Of a stretch of 41,445 nt of DNA, positions 1 through 9,047 are shown in pieces. Position 1 is the stretch's first letter, and each line of letters begins with the position of its first letter. This DNA comes from Bdellovibrionales bacterium (GTDB lineage: Bacteria > Bdellovibrionota > Bdellovibrionia > Bdellovibrionales > JAGQZY01). Location: the NCBI GenBank assembly GCA_043764415.1, contig JAYUKO010000231.1, positions 1 through 41,445 on the forward strand, read 5' to 3'. The translations under genes were made by a program, and so were the position numbers. Below the pieces are notes generated by a model, which made no database searches, was not told where the DNA came from, and saw only the letters and a list, made by a program, of their open reading frames with translations.

Positions 1-612
1 CGTAAAATTAGTAAACAGCACCACATCGAAGCGCGTGGGCACGCGTTTTTGCTTAAGACTGTGGCTGGACACTTCCATCACGTAGGCTTTTGCCCCGAGC
101 GATAAAAAATCCTGAAGGCGCTGATAAAAGGTGGCCGCGTCGGGCGTGGTGAGTGAGCTTTTCCAAACGTTTTTTCGCAAATGATGATCGATGGTCCCCA
201 TCACGCCGCAGGGGACCTGAGCAAAATTTAAAATTTGCTCGACAAGATAACTCGTGCTCGTTTTTCCGTTGGTGCCAGTGATGCCAACAGAAATTAATTT
301 GTCCTCGGGATAGGAGTAAAACTCCGCAAGCACCGAGGCATAGGCCAAAGCTGAATCGAGCACTTCAACAATGGCACCTTTGTAGTTGGCTGGAATTTTT
401 TGCGTAGACTCCACAACCACGGCGCAGGCCCCTTGGTCGACGGCTTTTTGCAAATAATCATGGCCATCGCTGTTAACACCTTTGACGGCCACAAAAATAA
501 ACCCCGCACCTGCGGAGCGCGAGTCCGAAGTCACCCCTTGCACGATAAAATCAGGCGACATTTGCTGCCAATGGATTTTGCCGAAGAATGTGAGAAGGTT
601 TTTAAGTGTCAT
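1..612 (-). CDS. murE: UDP-N-acetylmuramoyl-tripeptide synthetase MurE, 5' part (runs off window start)
   Basis: Absent from the ORF track; translated by hand from ATG at 612: MTLKNLL...SDSRSAGAGFIFVAVKGVNSDGHDY...VGITGTNGKTSTSY...LTTPDA...VMEVSSHSL...FTNFT, all MurE motifs. Confidence 0.95.
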   Translation of the reverse strand, partial: MTLKNLLTFFGKIHWQQMSPDFIVQGVTSDSRSAGAGFIFVAVKGVNSDGHDYLQKAVDQGACAVVVESTQKIPANYKGAIVEVLDSALAYASVLAEFYSYPEDKLISVGITGTNGKTSTSYLVEQILNFAQVPCGVMGTIDHHLRKNVWKSSLTTPDAATFYQRLQDFLSLGAKAYVMEVSSHSLKQKRVPTRFDVVLFTNFT

Positions 613-824
613 TTTTCAGCTTTATCCTACTGAATAAAGCCCCAATGAGTCACCGCCGATCAAAGATTACGACGAGGTGTGCTAAATATCGATGTGAATT
701 CAAGGGTTTACATTTTACCAAGGAATCACATTTGTGGAGCTGATCTTGCAAAACTGGCGTGAGTCCCTGGTGTTAGGGACATGGTTCGGAAAGTGGTTCC
801 GAGCTTTGATGAGAGGTTGTACGT

Positions 825-1574
825 ATGCTCCGCCAATTATGGCCATTATTTTTCGCAATCTATTGCGCAGGAATCACCTCGTGCACCCACGCACCCAAGG
901 TTGCGGATAACTCCTCAAGCGACGTTCAATCGACTGTCCAATCCGTCACCGTTCAGACCTCGCAAATCCAAAATCTCAATCAAGCCTCGCGCGCGCAAAA
1001 AAATCTAAAGCAAAGCTTGGTGCGCTTACGTGTAAAAAATCTGGCAGGCCAGGATTCTTATGGCACAGGATTCTTTTTCAAAAACCGCAGCCTTCTTGTT
1101 ACATCTCTTCATACTATGGATCAAAATGCCTGTGTTCAAACTGGTACTTGCGAAATCACCATCGGCTTGGTGGAAGACGCCACCAAATTGAGAGAAGTCA
1201 CTGTCACAGCTAAAATCGCACTTCGTGATCCCTTCTCCGACCTTTTATTTTTAGAAATCAAAGACGAAGCGGTTTTGTTAGGAGTTGTTCCTTTGCAGAA
1301 GTCGTCGCAGTCAAAAGCAGAGCCAATCACTGCCGTTGGATTTTATCAAGACTCTCAAGCCCTCACCTTTTCCCATGGTGCTTCACAACTTCGCGCTTCG
1401 GGAAAGAGTCCCACAGACGGGCCTGTCACAACAACAACCATCATCGTCAGTCAGGGCTTTAGCGGCGCTCCCGTAGTGAACGCCAAGGGCGAAGTGGTGG
1501 GCGTTGTGTCGTCGTATCACCCTCTGGTTAACAATAAAGAGATCGGCATCGCTCGCTTTGTCGAGCTGAACTAA
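825..1574 (+). CDS. Trypsin-like (S1) serine protease, probable lipoprotein
   Basis: GTGFF, TSLH (His), SDL (Asp), GFSGAPV (Ser), GEVVGVVS; hydrophobic N-terminus with ITSC lipobox-like motif. Confidence 0.85.
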   Translation: MLRQLWPLFFAIYCAGITSCTHAPKVADNSSSDVQSTVQSVTVQTSQIQNLNQASRAQKNLKQSLVRLRVKNLAGQDSYGTGFFFKNRSLLVTSLHTMDQNACVQTGTCEITIGLVEDATKLREVTVTAKIALRDPFSDLLFLEIKDEAVLLGVVPLQKSSQSKAEPITAVGFYQDSQALTFSHGASQLRASGKSPTDGPVTTTTIIVSQGFSGAPVVNAKGEVVGVVSSYHPLVNNKEIGIARFVELN

Positions 1575-1579
1575 TCGTT

Positions 1580-2740
1580 TTACTTTTTACTGGGTTTTGC
1601 GCGTTTCTTTAAATCGTTGAGTCTTTGAACTTCCACTTCCGGCAAAATCAATCCGTGCGATCCACTATTCTTAATAATCAAACTTTCGTTCAAACGATTC
1701 ACACAGCGCATGGCCACTTCGGAGTGCGGAAGGGTGTCCACACAGATCTCGTAATAAAAATCCGATAGATCCCAAAATCCACCCACCGTAAAATATTCGT
1801 AAATGCGGCCTAAAACGTAATAACTTTCGGCGATGACGGCGACATCTGTTTCCTGCGAGAGACCTTCGTGAATCATCAGTGCTGCCACGATGGCTTTTAC
1901 AAACTGCGGCTCATTGATTTCGAAGGAATTCTTTTTGACCCCCAAAGCTTTTTTCGCACCCTGGAGATTGTGTGGAACAGAAGCAAAGTTTTTTGCCCAG
2001 TACGTGAGATCTTTTTTCCAGTTTTGCAGGTTTTCCTTAAAATATTTGGAGAGGTTTTGATTTTTTGCTTGTTGCGAAATAAACAGATTGGCTTCTTCGA
2101 ATTGCGATTGGCCACGAATTGCGATGAGCAAATAGTATTTAATATCTTGTTCACGCAGAAGCGTGAGGTTGTCCTGCTGGCCAGAATCTTTTACGAATTG
2201 AGCGAGCGTGGTCTTTGCCTTATCATACTGGCGCATGGCAACGTAAATTTGCGCCTTTTCATAGGGCTCAAGAGCATAATTTTCGATGCTAAATTTATTC
2301 CAAAACATGTGCTGCGGCCCTGCGGGGATTCGCGTGTGGCACTGAAAGCAGTATTTGGCGGATTGTTTTAAAAGATTTTGCGCATAGGTGGTTTTTCCCA
2401 ATTCGAAATAAGACAACGAGCGCGACGAAATCTCTTTTAGATTTTCAAGCCCTTTCATCATGAGAGGATCGGCGCCATACAACTGCTTCGCCTTCTCTGG
2501 AGAAATTTGGTGGATGTTCGCGCGAAAATTTTCGATCTTTTTTTGAATCTCTGGTTTGTTAATGGGGTTTTGAAATTTATTTTCGCTGTAGACAAAGGGG
2601 ATCAACTCTTCGAAGGACTGGGCCAAATGCTGCATTTCTGACGACCAAGAAGAATCGCCTTCGGGTTTTTTTGCATTTTGGCAAGACGCTAAAATTAGTA
2701 AAGCGACAAAAAAATTAACGACGTAAAAATATTTATGCAT
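1580..2740 (-). CDS. Lipoprotein with one heme-c motif (CFQCH) and TPR-like helical C-terminus
   Basis: LILASC lipobox; single CxxCH; TPR-like segments (KAQIYVAMRQYDKAK, AESYYVLGRIYE). Start at 2740 or 2770. Confidence 0.65.
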   Translation of the reverse strand: MHKYFYVVNFFVALLILASCQNAKKPEGDSSWSSEMQHLAQSFEELIPFVYSENKFQNPINKPEIQKKIENFRANIHQISPEKAKQLYGADPLMMKGLENLKEISSRSLSYFELGKTTYAQNLLKQSAKYCFQCHTRIPAGPQHMFWNKFSIENYALEPYEKAQIYVAMRQYDKAKTTLAQFVKDSGQQDNLTLLREQDIKYYLLIAIRGQSQFEEANLFISQQAKNQNLSKYFKENLQNWKKDLTYWAKNFASVPHNLQGAKKALGVKKNSFEINEPQFVKAIVAALMIHEGLSQETDVAVIAESYYVLGRIYEYFTVGGFWDLSDFYYEICVDTLPHSEVAMRCVNRLNESLIIKNSGSHGLILPEVEVQRLNDLKKRAKPSKK

Positions 2741-2817
2741 AAATCCTTCTTGTTGATGACGATTTTTCATACGCTACTCCTTATTATCTATAAAAACACA
2801 CAATTTCTTCAAAAACC

Positions 2818-2831
2818 ATGACAGCCGTCAT
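2818..2831. promoter_or_regulatory. Palindrome ATGAC-N4-GTCAT, possible CRP/FNR-family site
   Basis: ATGACagccGTCAT lies between the divergent heme-lipoprotein and macrodomain/CBS genes; geometry matches FNR-type 5-4-5 boxes. Confidence 0.4.
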
Positions 2832-2880
2832 ACTCACTATCGCGTAAGCTCGGTAGATCGAACTTCAACAGGAGGATCCT

Positions 2881-3170
2881 ATGATCGAATTTGTAAGCGG
2901 AGATCTACTCAAGTCCACGGCCGAGGCCATCGGCCACGGCATCGCCCCCAACGACCATTTTAACCAGGGACTGGCGCTGTCATTACGTGAACAGTGGCCC
3001 AGCCTCTACAAAGATTTTCGCCATTATTGTCACACGCAAAAAGCCAGTGAAGGCGACGTGTGGGCATGGAGAGGCGCTGGCGGCCCCACTATTTTTAACC
3101 TCTTCACGATGTGAAAATCTACGTTTACGAAAAATATCAAAAAGATTTACAAGCCACGGAGAAAGTATGA
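2881..3170 (+). pseudogene. Macrodomain (Appr-1-p processing) protein disrupted by internal deletion/frameshift
   Basis: MIEFVSGDLL..HGIAPNDHFNQGLA..FNLFT stops at 3114; the -1 frame 3102-3170 reads LHDVKIYVYEKYQKDLQATEKV*, resembling a macrodomain C-terminal strand, and its TGA overlaps the next ATG. Confidence 0.75.
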
Positions 3171-3550
3171 ACCAACAAATTGCCCATCATATGACAGAAA
3201 TCCCACACACCATTGGGAAAGATGCGTCGCTTCGCATGGCGCGAGAGATGATGCGGGAGTTTTCCTACCACCATCTGCCGGTGTTGTATGGCGGCACAGT
3301 CGTGGGAGTTGTGACTGAGAGGGATTTGCGTGTGGCCGAAATGCTAAAGACGGATGAGGTCACCGGCGTCAACGAAGTCATGAACGACGACCCTTTGTTC
3401 GTAGAGCGCACAACTCCCATTAAAGAAGTTTTGCAGCTAATGCTTAAAAAAGGTTACAGCAGTGTGCTTGTTCGCGGCACAAAAAGCGAGCCCTGGGGTG
3501 TGTTCACCTCAACAGACGCTTTACGACTCTTAATGGTGTTGATGGATTGA
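3167..3550 (+). CDS. CBS-pair domain protein
   Basis: MNQQIAHHMT..HHLPVLYGGTVVGVVTERDL..VMN..SSVLV..GVFTSTDAL; ATGA overlap with the upstream frame supports a start at 3167. Confidence 0.88.
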   Translation: MNQQIAHHMTEIPHTIGKDASLRMAREMMREFSYHHLPVLYGGTVVGVVTERDLRVAEMLKTDEVTGVNEVMNDDPLFVERTTPIKEVLQLMLKKGYSSVLVRGTKSEPWGVFTSTDALRLLMVLMD

Positions 3551-3602
3551 GGTTTTAAATTTCGATTAGGCAGTTTGTGCTTTTGCTGCTATCGTTTTAG
3601 GT

Positions 3603-4796
3603 ATGAAAACGCTTAAAAACTCCATTGCTTTACAAATTTTTCTGGCCGTTCTTATGGGTGTCGTTGTTGGGGTGTTTGCTCCCGGCGAACACATGGCGAT
3701 CTTTACGAAGCTTGCAAAAATGATTTTGCACTGGGTTCGTTTGATTGCTGGGCCGTTTTTGTTTTTTTCGGTTGTGCTTTCGCTGCTACATATTCAGGCT
3801 AAGTGGTCGTCAGGTCTCAAACTCATCGGTATTGCTCTACTAAACACAAGCTTCGCTCTGCTCATCGGAATAACAATGACCCATGTGTTTTTAACCGATG
3901 TCTCCATCCCACTCCCCGCCGAGAGTCGCACCGAAAAGCCCGCGGCCACCCTCAGTGCCGATGGGTGGGTGCAAACCCTCAGCCCCGACAGTTTGTTTGC
4001 TCCCTTAGTAAAAAATGAAATTCTTTTGATAGCCTTGCTCTCATTGCTCTTTGGCCTTGCCGCTCGCCAAGCGTTTCGCGAACAGCCAGAGACGCTTAAA
4101 AAAATTGCCTTTGGCTTCGAAGCTGTGCGCAGCATTTTAGAACAAATGCTTATGTGGATTTTAAAAATTATTCCGCTGGCTGTTTTTTTAGTGATTGCAG
4201 GTTCGGTGTCCCAATACGGCTTTGAAGTGTTCTCACAGCTCGCCATGTACGTGGCTGTCGTTGTCAGTGCTCTTGCCTTGCAATGCGTGCTTGTGTACGG
4301 AACGTGGATTGTGGCCGTGGTTAAAATTCCTGTGCGCCGGTTTTGGCAAGAGGCCAAACGCCCGCTGATCTACGCTCTTGGAATCAATTCTAGTCTGGCA
4401 ACACTGCCACTGACGCTGAAGGCCCTCAAGCAGCTGCGCGTGTCTGACAGCTCGGCCTCCCTCGGCGCTGGTGTGGCTACCAATCTTAATAACGACGGCA
4501 TTGTTTTGTACGAAGCCTCGGCAGTATTTTTTATTGCTCACTTGCATGGCCTGCATTGGGACATGTGGCAGATGATCACTGCAGCGCTAGCCTGTGTCGT
4601 CGCCGCCGTTGGAATCACCGGCGTGCCCGAAGCAGGATTTATTTCCCTCACGGTTGTGGTCACCAGTCTTGGGTTACCCATGGAAGCGCTGCCGTTACTT
4701 CTTGCTGTAGACTGGGTGATGGCCCGCCTCCGCTCTTGCGTCAACGTCCTCAGCGACATGACCCTCGCCATCGTCCTCGATCATTTTGAGAAGTAG
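3603..4796 (+). CDS. Dicarboxylate/amino acid:cation symporter (DAACS/GltP family)
   Basis: Many TM helices; NSSLATLP, ATNLNNDG, GITGVPEAG and VDWVMARLRSCVNVLSD motifs. Confidence 0.92.
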   Translation: MKTLKNSIALQIFLAVLMGVVVGVFAPGEHMAIFTKLAKMILHWVRLIAGPFLFFSVVLSLLHIQAKWSSGLKLIGIALLNTSFALLIGITMTHVFLTDVSIPLPAESRTEKPAATLSADGWVQTLSPDSLFAPLVKNEILLIALLSLLFGLAARQAFREQPETLKKIAFGFEAVRSILEQMLMWILKIIPLAVFLVIAGSVSQYGFEVFSQLAMYVAVVVSALALQCVLVYGTWIVAVVKIPVRRFWQEAKRPLIYALGINSSLATLPLTLKALKQLRVSDSSASLGAGVATNLNNDGIVLYEASAVFFIAHLHGLHWDMWQMITAALACVVAAVGITGVPEAGFISLTVVVTSLGLPMEALPLLLAVDWVMARLRSCVNVLSDMTLAIVLDHFEK

Positions 4797-5123
4797 GGCA
4801 CATCTCCGGATTTAGTAGAGAGTGGCACTTGTTTCATAGACGGGCGAGGTTGCGCTGAACGGGGTTATTTCATGAATAGTCTAGCTAGGTTTTCAGTGCA
4901 TTCCTAGTCGCCTAGGTGCTCCAAAAGATTCGTTTTCTTAACCAAGGTTCACGTGTGAACCTTGAAAATCCTAAAGCTTGGAGCGCGTTTGTCGTTCTCG
5001 AATTTTCAGATGTCGGTAAGCTCGGGGCTTTGCAATTGGCGCTAGGCCAGGCCTACGTCCGATCCGGCGTGAAACCATTCCCTATTTTTTTTAGCCCAGT
5101 AAAATATATTCCGAATAGAGGCT

Positions 5124-6296
5124 ATGGACACAAAAGAACTCAAACGCCGCCGGAACGCCTATTCAATTTTTGACGATCTTCAGGTCAAGATACTGATCGA
5201 TTTTTTTGCCAAACCGCAGCAGCTCAAGGTGTTCAAAGAGCCCAGTGGTTTTTGCAATTGGACACATCCCTTTTTTAAAACAGAGCTGCCCGTTACTTCC
5301 CCGTGGCTCGTACGCGTCAGCCAACAAGTGAACAGCGTCGGGCACGACTTCGACTGTCGCGACTTTATTAAAGGTTTGCTCCTTCAAGAGATCACGCGCG
5401 ATGGAAAATTCACCGTCGATCACCGCGAACTGCTCCATGCATTAAAAATAAATCCTGACGAATTTAAGCAGCGAGATGCGCAGGGGTTTTTGATTATCCC
5501 CGAATGCGTGCTCTACTCAGACATGCCATACCTCACGCAGAAAAATCAGGCCGATGCGTTTCTTAGGAAATTGACTAACTCCTGGATGGCGACTCTCTGT
5601 TACGACACGCAGGGCACACTTATTTCGTGGACTACAGCGGGGCTCGAAAAAGACCGTCGCCATGGGTCGCTTTGGAAAATGATGGAGGCCCGCCTGACCG
5701 ACTGGACTCCGTCTGCCCAGCAAGCCACACTCACCGTGGACATCTGCAATGTGCTTAAAGGACTAGTACTCCAGCAGCTGCACAATAACTTTTCATCTAA
5801 GTTTTCCGCTCAACCCAATGCGCTTGTCAAAGAATTCCCAGGCCTCAAAACGTGGCTCCCGTACTTTGCCATCGATCCGAAGAAAAACCACTTTGATTTC
5901 CTTTATCAACTCTCCCTAAAACTAACCGACCTCCTCGCCTCCCACGGCATGCGCGGTACATTGGATATCACACCTCTGTTTACGGACGCATTTTGGGACC
6001 GTAACGTGGCGAATCTCGCCGCCTCATCGGGAAACGTTGTCTGCGAGATGGTTTTTGAAGGAGACAAGCCTCTCGGCGCAAGCTCACTTCAGCTTGCGAG
6101 CGAAAAATGTGCCGAGACCCTTCAGACATTCTACAAAGTACACGGCCTTGTATTTGAAAGTTTTCAGGCTGAGCAGGTGAGCGAAAATACTGAGCTCCCG
6201 GCTTCCGATCGATTTCGCGCGACTCTGGAAATGCCGGGCATGGGGCCTTCGGTCGAAACTTTAAAATCCTATTTGCAGATTCACGCTCTGAGCTAG
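5124..6296 (+). CDS. Hypothetical cytoplasmic protein, 390 aa
   Basis: Long ORF with GAGG RBS; no motif recognised. Confidence 0.7.
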   Translation: MDTKELKRRRNAYSIFDDLQVKILIDFFAKPQQLKVFKEPSGFCNWTHPFFKTELPVTSPWLVRVSQQVNSVGHDFDCRDFIKGLLLQEITRDGKFTVDHRELLHALKINPDEFKQRDAQGFLIIPECVLYSDMPYLTQKNQADAFLRKLTNSWMATLCYDTQGTLISWTTAGLEKDRRHGSLWKMMEARLTDWTPSAQQATLTVDICNVLKGLVLQQLHNNFSSKFSAQPNALVKEFPGLKTWLPYFAIDPKKNHFDFLYQLSLKLTDLLASHGMRGTLDITPLFTDAFWDRNVANLAASSGNVVCEMVFEGDKPLGASSLQLASEKCAETLQTFYKVHGLVFESFQAEQVSENTELPASDRFRATLEMPGMGPSVETLKSYLQIHALS

Positions 6297-6639
6297 CGAT
6301 GCGAGCGGTTTTCGAGCCTCAACGGCAAATCCAATGCTGGTTGGCTTTCGCAATTTGGTTCAATTCTACATTTCACTGTTCGCAAGGTCCTCGATTCCGC
6401 GAACAATGACACTGGTCAGTTATCCGTTGAGTGTTCTTGAATGCCTTTAGAACATGATCTAGCAGTTCTCGGAAAGAACTCCGAGAACTACCTCCATAAT
6501 CCCCTATAAAAGAATAAGCCATTCTTTAAAATAAGCCGAGGCCGAAGTTGTCGCGGAAGAATGATGCCCTCTCATTTGTAAAAACTTTCTATAAAAGCAA
6601 TGTTAAAAATAAATCAAACTCCATTAACGAAAGGTCAAT

Positions 6640-7080
6640 ATGATTCAAAATTTATGCTTGTTTATTTTAGTAGCGCTATCCTCTGCATGCGCCTCTGTGC
6701 CCATGATGGATTTAGGTGCCGATCAAGAGGCCAAACAATTTAATACCCCAGCAGGAAGAAGCCGTATTTATATCTTTCGCAACGAAAGCTTTGGCGGAGC
6801 TATCAAAGTGGCTATGTCCGTTGACGGGAAAAGTATTGGCCAGACAGCACCGCATACGTACTTTGTCTTGGATGTGAAGCCAGGCAAACATGAAATCGCC
6901 TGTTTAGCGGAGTCTAATTCTGACCTTACGGTGACGACTCAGAGAGGGAAATCAAGCTATGTTTGGCAAGAAATGAAAATGGGTCTTATACAAGCCAGCC
7001 GTAAACTTTCCGAAGTTACACAGGAAGAGGGCCAAAAAGCAGTAGCGTCTTGCAAGCGAGCGCAGGTGAAAAATTTTTAA
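6640..7080 (+). CDS. DUF2846-like lipoprotein
   Basis: LSSAC lipobox; AKQF..SRIYIFRNESFGGAIK..DGK..GQTAPHTYF..PGKHEI; AAAGG RBS. Confidence 0.8.
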   Translation: MIQNLCLFILVALSSACASVPMMDLGADQEAKQFNTPAGRSRIYIFRNESFGGAIKVAMSVDGKSIGQTAPHTYFVLDVKPGKHEIACLAESNSDLTVTTQRGKSSYVWQEMKMGLIQASRKLSEVTQEEGQKAVASCKRAQVKNF

Positions 7081-7125
7081 AGAAGCTTAAATAATAAAGC
7101 ATTTTTTTATGCAATAGGTCCCAAA
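7078..7125 (-). repeat. Solo degenerate arm of the TTTGGGA palindromic element
   Basis: Minus strand directly after the cfa TAA reads tttgggacctattgcataaaaaaatgctttattatttaagcttcttt, alignable with the arm tttgggattcattgcataaaaataatttcccatttttttaaagggcttcttt of the 12.8-kb element. Confidence 0.65.
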
Positions 7126-8301
7126 TTACACTGGGACCAACCAAAATTGGCTCACGCTGATTCGTTGGGCACGAAAAGCGCCTTCGCAGTAGGCTAAGTA
7201 CAAATTCCAAAGGCGAATAAAGCGATCGTCAAATCCCATGGCGCGAACATGCGGGAGCGCTTTGTTAAAATTCTCGCGCCACAGCTTGAGGGTGTGCGCG
7301 TAATCCAAACCGAACTCATGGGAGCCGTAAACCACCAAGCCATTTTGCTCACTGGCGTTAGATACGGCTTTGTCGGTTAAGAGCATACCTCCTGGAAATA
7401 CGGATTGCTGAATAAAGTCTGTTCCTTTTTTGTAGGAGTAAAAAAGATCTTCGCGAATGGTAATTCCCTGAATGGCGGCTTTTCCCTTTTCTTTTAACGA
7501 CGCCCGCATTTTTGAGAAAAACGTATTCCAATATTGTTCTCCCACCGCTTCGATCATTTCGATGGAGATCACCTTGTCAAAGCGCCCCGAAATGTCGCGG
7601 TAGTCTTGCTGCAAAACTTGCACATGGTTCTTCATGTTTTGTTTTTCGATTTTTGCCTGATTGTAGCGAATTTGCTCTGGGGAATTTGCAACCGCCGTCA
7701 CCTTGCAGCCCGTGCGTTCGATGGCGCGACTAAAAAATCCGCCCCACCCACAGCCGATTTCAAGCAAGTGGTCGCCCGATTTGATGTCTAAGGAATCGAT
7801 AATGTGATCATACTTTTGGTTTTGCGCCTCGGCCAAACTCTGTGTTGGAGATTTGAAAATAGCCGAAGAGTAAGTCATGGATTCGTCGAGCCACAAACTA
7901 TAGAATTCGTTGCCGAGGTCGTAATGGGCCATGATATTTTTTTGCGCCCCTTTGCGATTGTTGCGATTGAGAAAGTGGTGAATTTTTGATGCGATGGTTC
8001 CATACCACGAGCCATAAATCACTTTTGCAAGATCTTGATCGTTGCGGCAAGCCCACTCCACAAGCGCGGCCACATCATCAACTACCATGAGGTCGTCGAC
8101 AATGGCTTCGGCCAAGCCGATATCGCCTTTGCTAAAAAGCAGATCTAGTGCTTTCCAATTTTTTAAATGCACCTGAATCTGCGGCGCTCCCTCGCCGTAT
8201 CGATCGCGACTGCCGTCGGGTAGAATCAATTCGAGGGTTCCGTGTTTGGCACTTTTTAAAACCTTTAGAAACATTTGTCCGCGGAATGACGGTGTCTTCA
8301 T
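7126..8301 (-). CDS. cfa: Cyclopropane-fatty-acyl-phospholipid synthase family SAM methyltransferase
   Basis: HYDLGNEFY, MTYSSA, LLEIGCGWG, SIEMIEAVG, FPGG and YLAYCEGAF motifs. Confidence 0.95.
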   Translation of the reverse strand: MKTPSFRGQMFLKVLKSAKHGTLELILPDGSRDRYGEGAPQIQVHLKNWKALDLLFSKGDIGLAEAIVDDLMVVDDVAALVEWACRNDQDLAKVIYGSWYGTIASKIHHFLNRNNRKGAQKNIMAHYDLGNEFYSLWLDESMTYSSAIFKSPTQSLAEAQNQKYDHIIDSLDIKSGDHLLEIGCGWGGFFSRAIERTGCKVTAVANSPEQIRYNQAKIEKQNMKNHVQVLQQDYRDISGRFDKVISIEMIEAVGEQYWNTFFSKMRASLKEKGKAAIQGITIREDLFYSYKKGTDFIQQSVFPGGMLLTDKAVSNASEQNGLVVYGSHEFGLDYAHTLKLWRENFNKALPHVRAMGFDDRFIRLWNLYLAYCEGAFRAQRISVSQFWLVPV

Positions 8302-9047
8302 TTTGTAATCTCCTTTTGAGGTGGTAGCGGTTTAGAATAAAAGCGGCTTTTACGAAGCCATAATTTAAAAGCTTGATAATGAATCCGCAAAACAACAAGC
8401 GGTGTGATCCAGCCGTATTTAAAGAACAGAGGAAAGAAGGTATGGTTTTCCAATTCGGTTAATTCTCCATCAATCCACGTCACCAAGCGGACGGATCCGT
8501 CGGGATTGTAATAGTTAATGTAGATTTTTATTCGGTGGGACAGAAAATCAAAGCGAAATTTATAAAACCCGTCCACAGGAAAGAATGGCGAAACATGGAA
8601 ATTTTTTTCCGATCTGTACCACTCGGTAGCCTGGATGCCAGTTTCGGGATGAATCCAATAGAAGTGCCGTTCTCCAAACGTATTATGAACCTCGACAAGG
8701 ATCGCATCTAACCGTGAATTTTTATAACAGCACCAAAAACTCACCGGGTTAAATGCATAGCCAAACATTCGCGGCATGGAGTAGAGCCAAACCTGCTCTG
8801 GCTGGTAGCTACAATTTTCCTTTAAAAAGTTTTTTACGGTGGCGCTCACTGGAGCGGATTTTTGTTGTAAATAGTCTTTGCTTTTAAACGACAGCAAACC
8901 ATAAAAATTTTGGCGCAAGACTTTTAAAAATCCCTCTTCGTTATCGCAATTGAAAAAAGCAAAAAACGTAGGATAACGAAAGGCTGTCTTCGCACCCTCG
9001 CGCCGACTGTGGTAGACAAAACCTTGGCTCAATTGCATATCACTCAT
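8298..9047 (-). CDS. DUF1365 family protein
   Basis: PRMFGYAFNPVSFW, EVHNTFGERH, KNFHVSPF and IHYQAFKLW motifs; coupled to cfa. Confidence 0.92.
   Translation of the reverse strand: MSDMQLSQGFVYHSRREGAKTAFRYPTFFAFFNCDNEEGFLKVLRQNFYGLLSFKSKDYLQQKSAPVSATVKNFLKENCSYQPEQVWLYSMPRMFGYAFNPVSFWCCYKNSRLDAILVEVHNTFGERHFYWIHPETGIQATEWYRSEKNFHVSPFFPVDGFYKFRFDFLSHRIKIYINYYNPDGSVRLVTWIDGELTELENHTFFPLFFKYGWITPLVVLRIHYQAFKLWLRKSRFYSKPLPPQKEITK

Noticed and set aside
735-750. TGGAGC-N5-TTGCA as a sigma54 promoter for the protease
   Set aside because: GG-N10-GC spacing is right, but the -24 box deviates from TGGCAC; too weak alone.
2987-3166. N-terminal extension of the CBS ORF in the track
   Set aside because: Overlaps the macrodomain gene in another frame; ATG 3167 with ATGA coupling is the better start.
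5090-5117. TTTAG-N15-TCCGAATA as a sigma28 promoter
   Set aside because: Degenerate match and very close to the start codon; not supportable without TSS data.
6324-6353. GGCAAA-stem-CGCAA resembling a c-di-GMP-I riboswitch
   Set aside because: The loop is GCTG rather than GNRA, and the GACGCAAA junction and second stem are absent.
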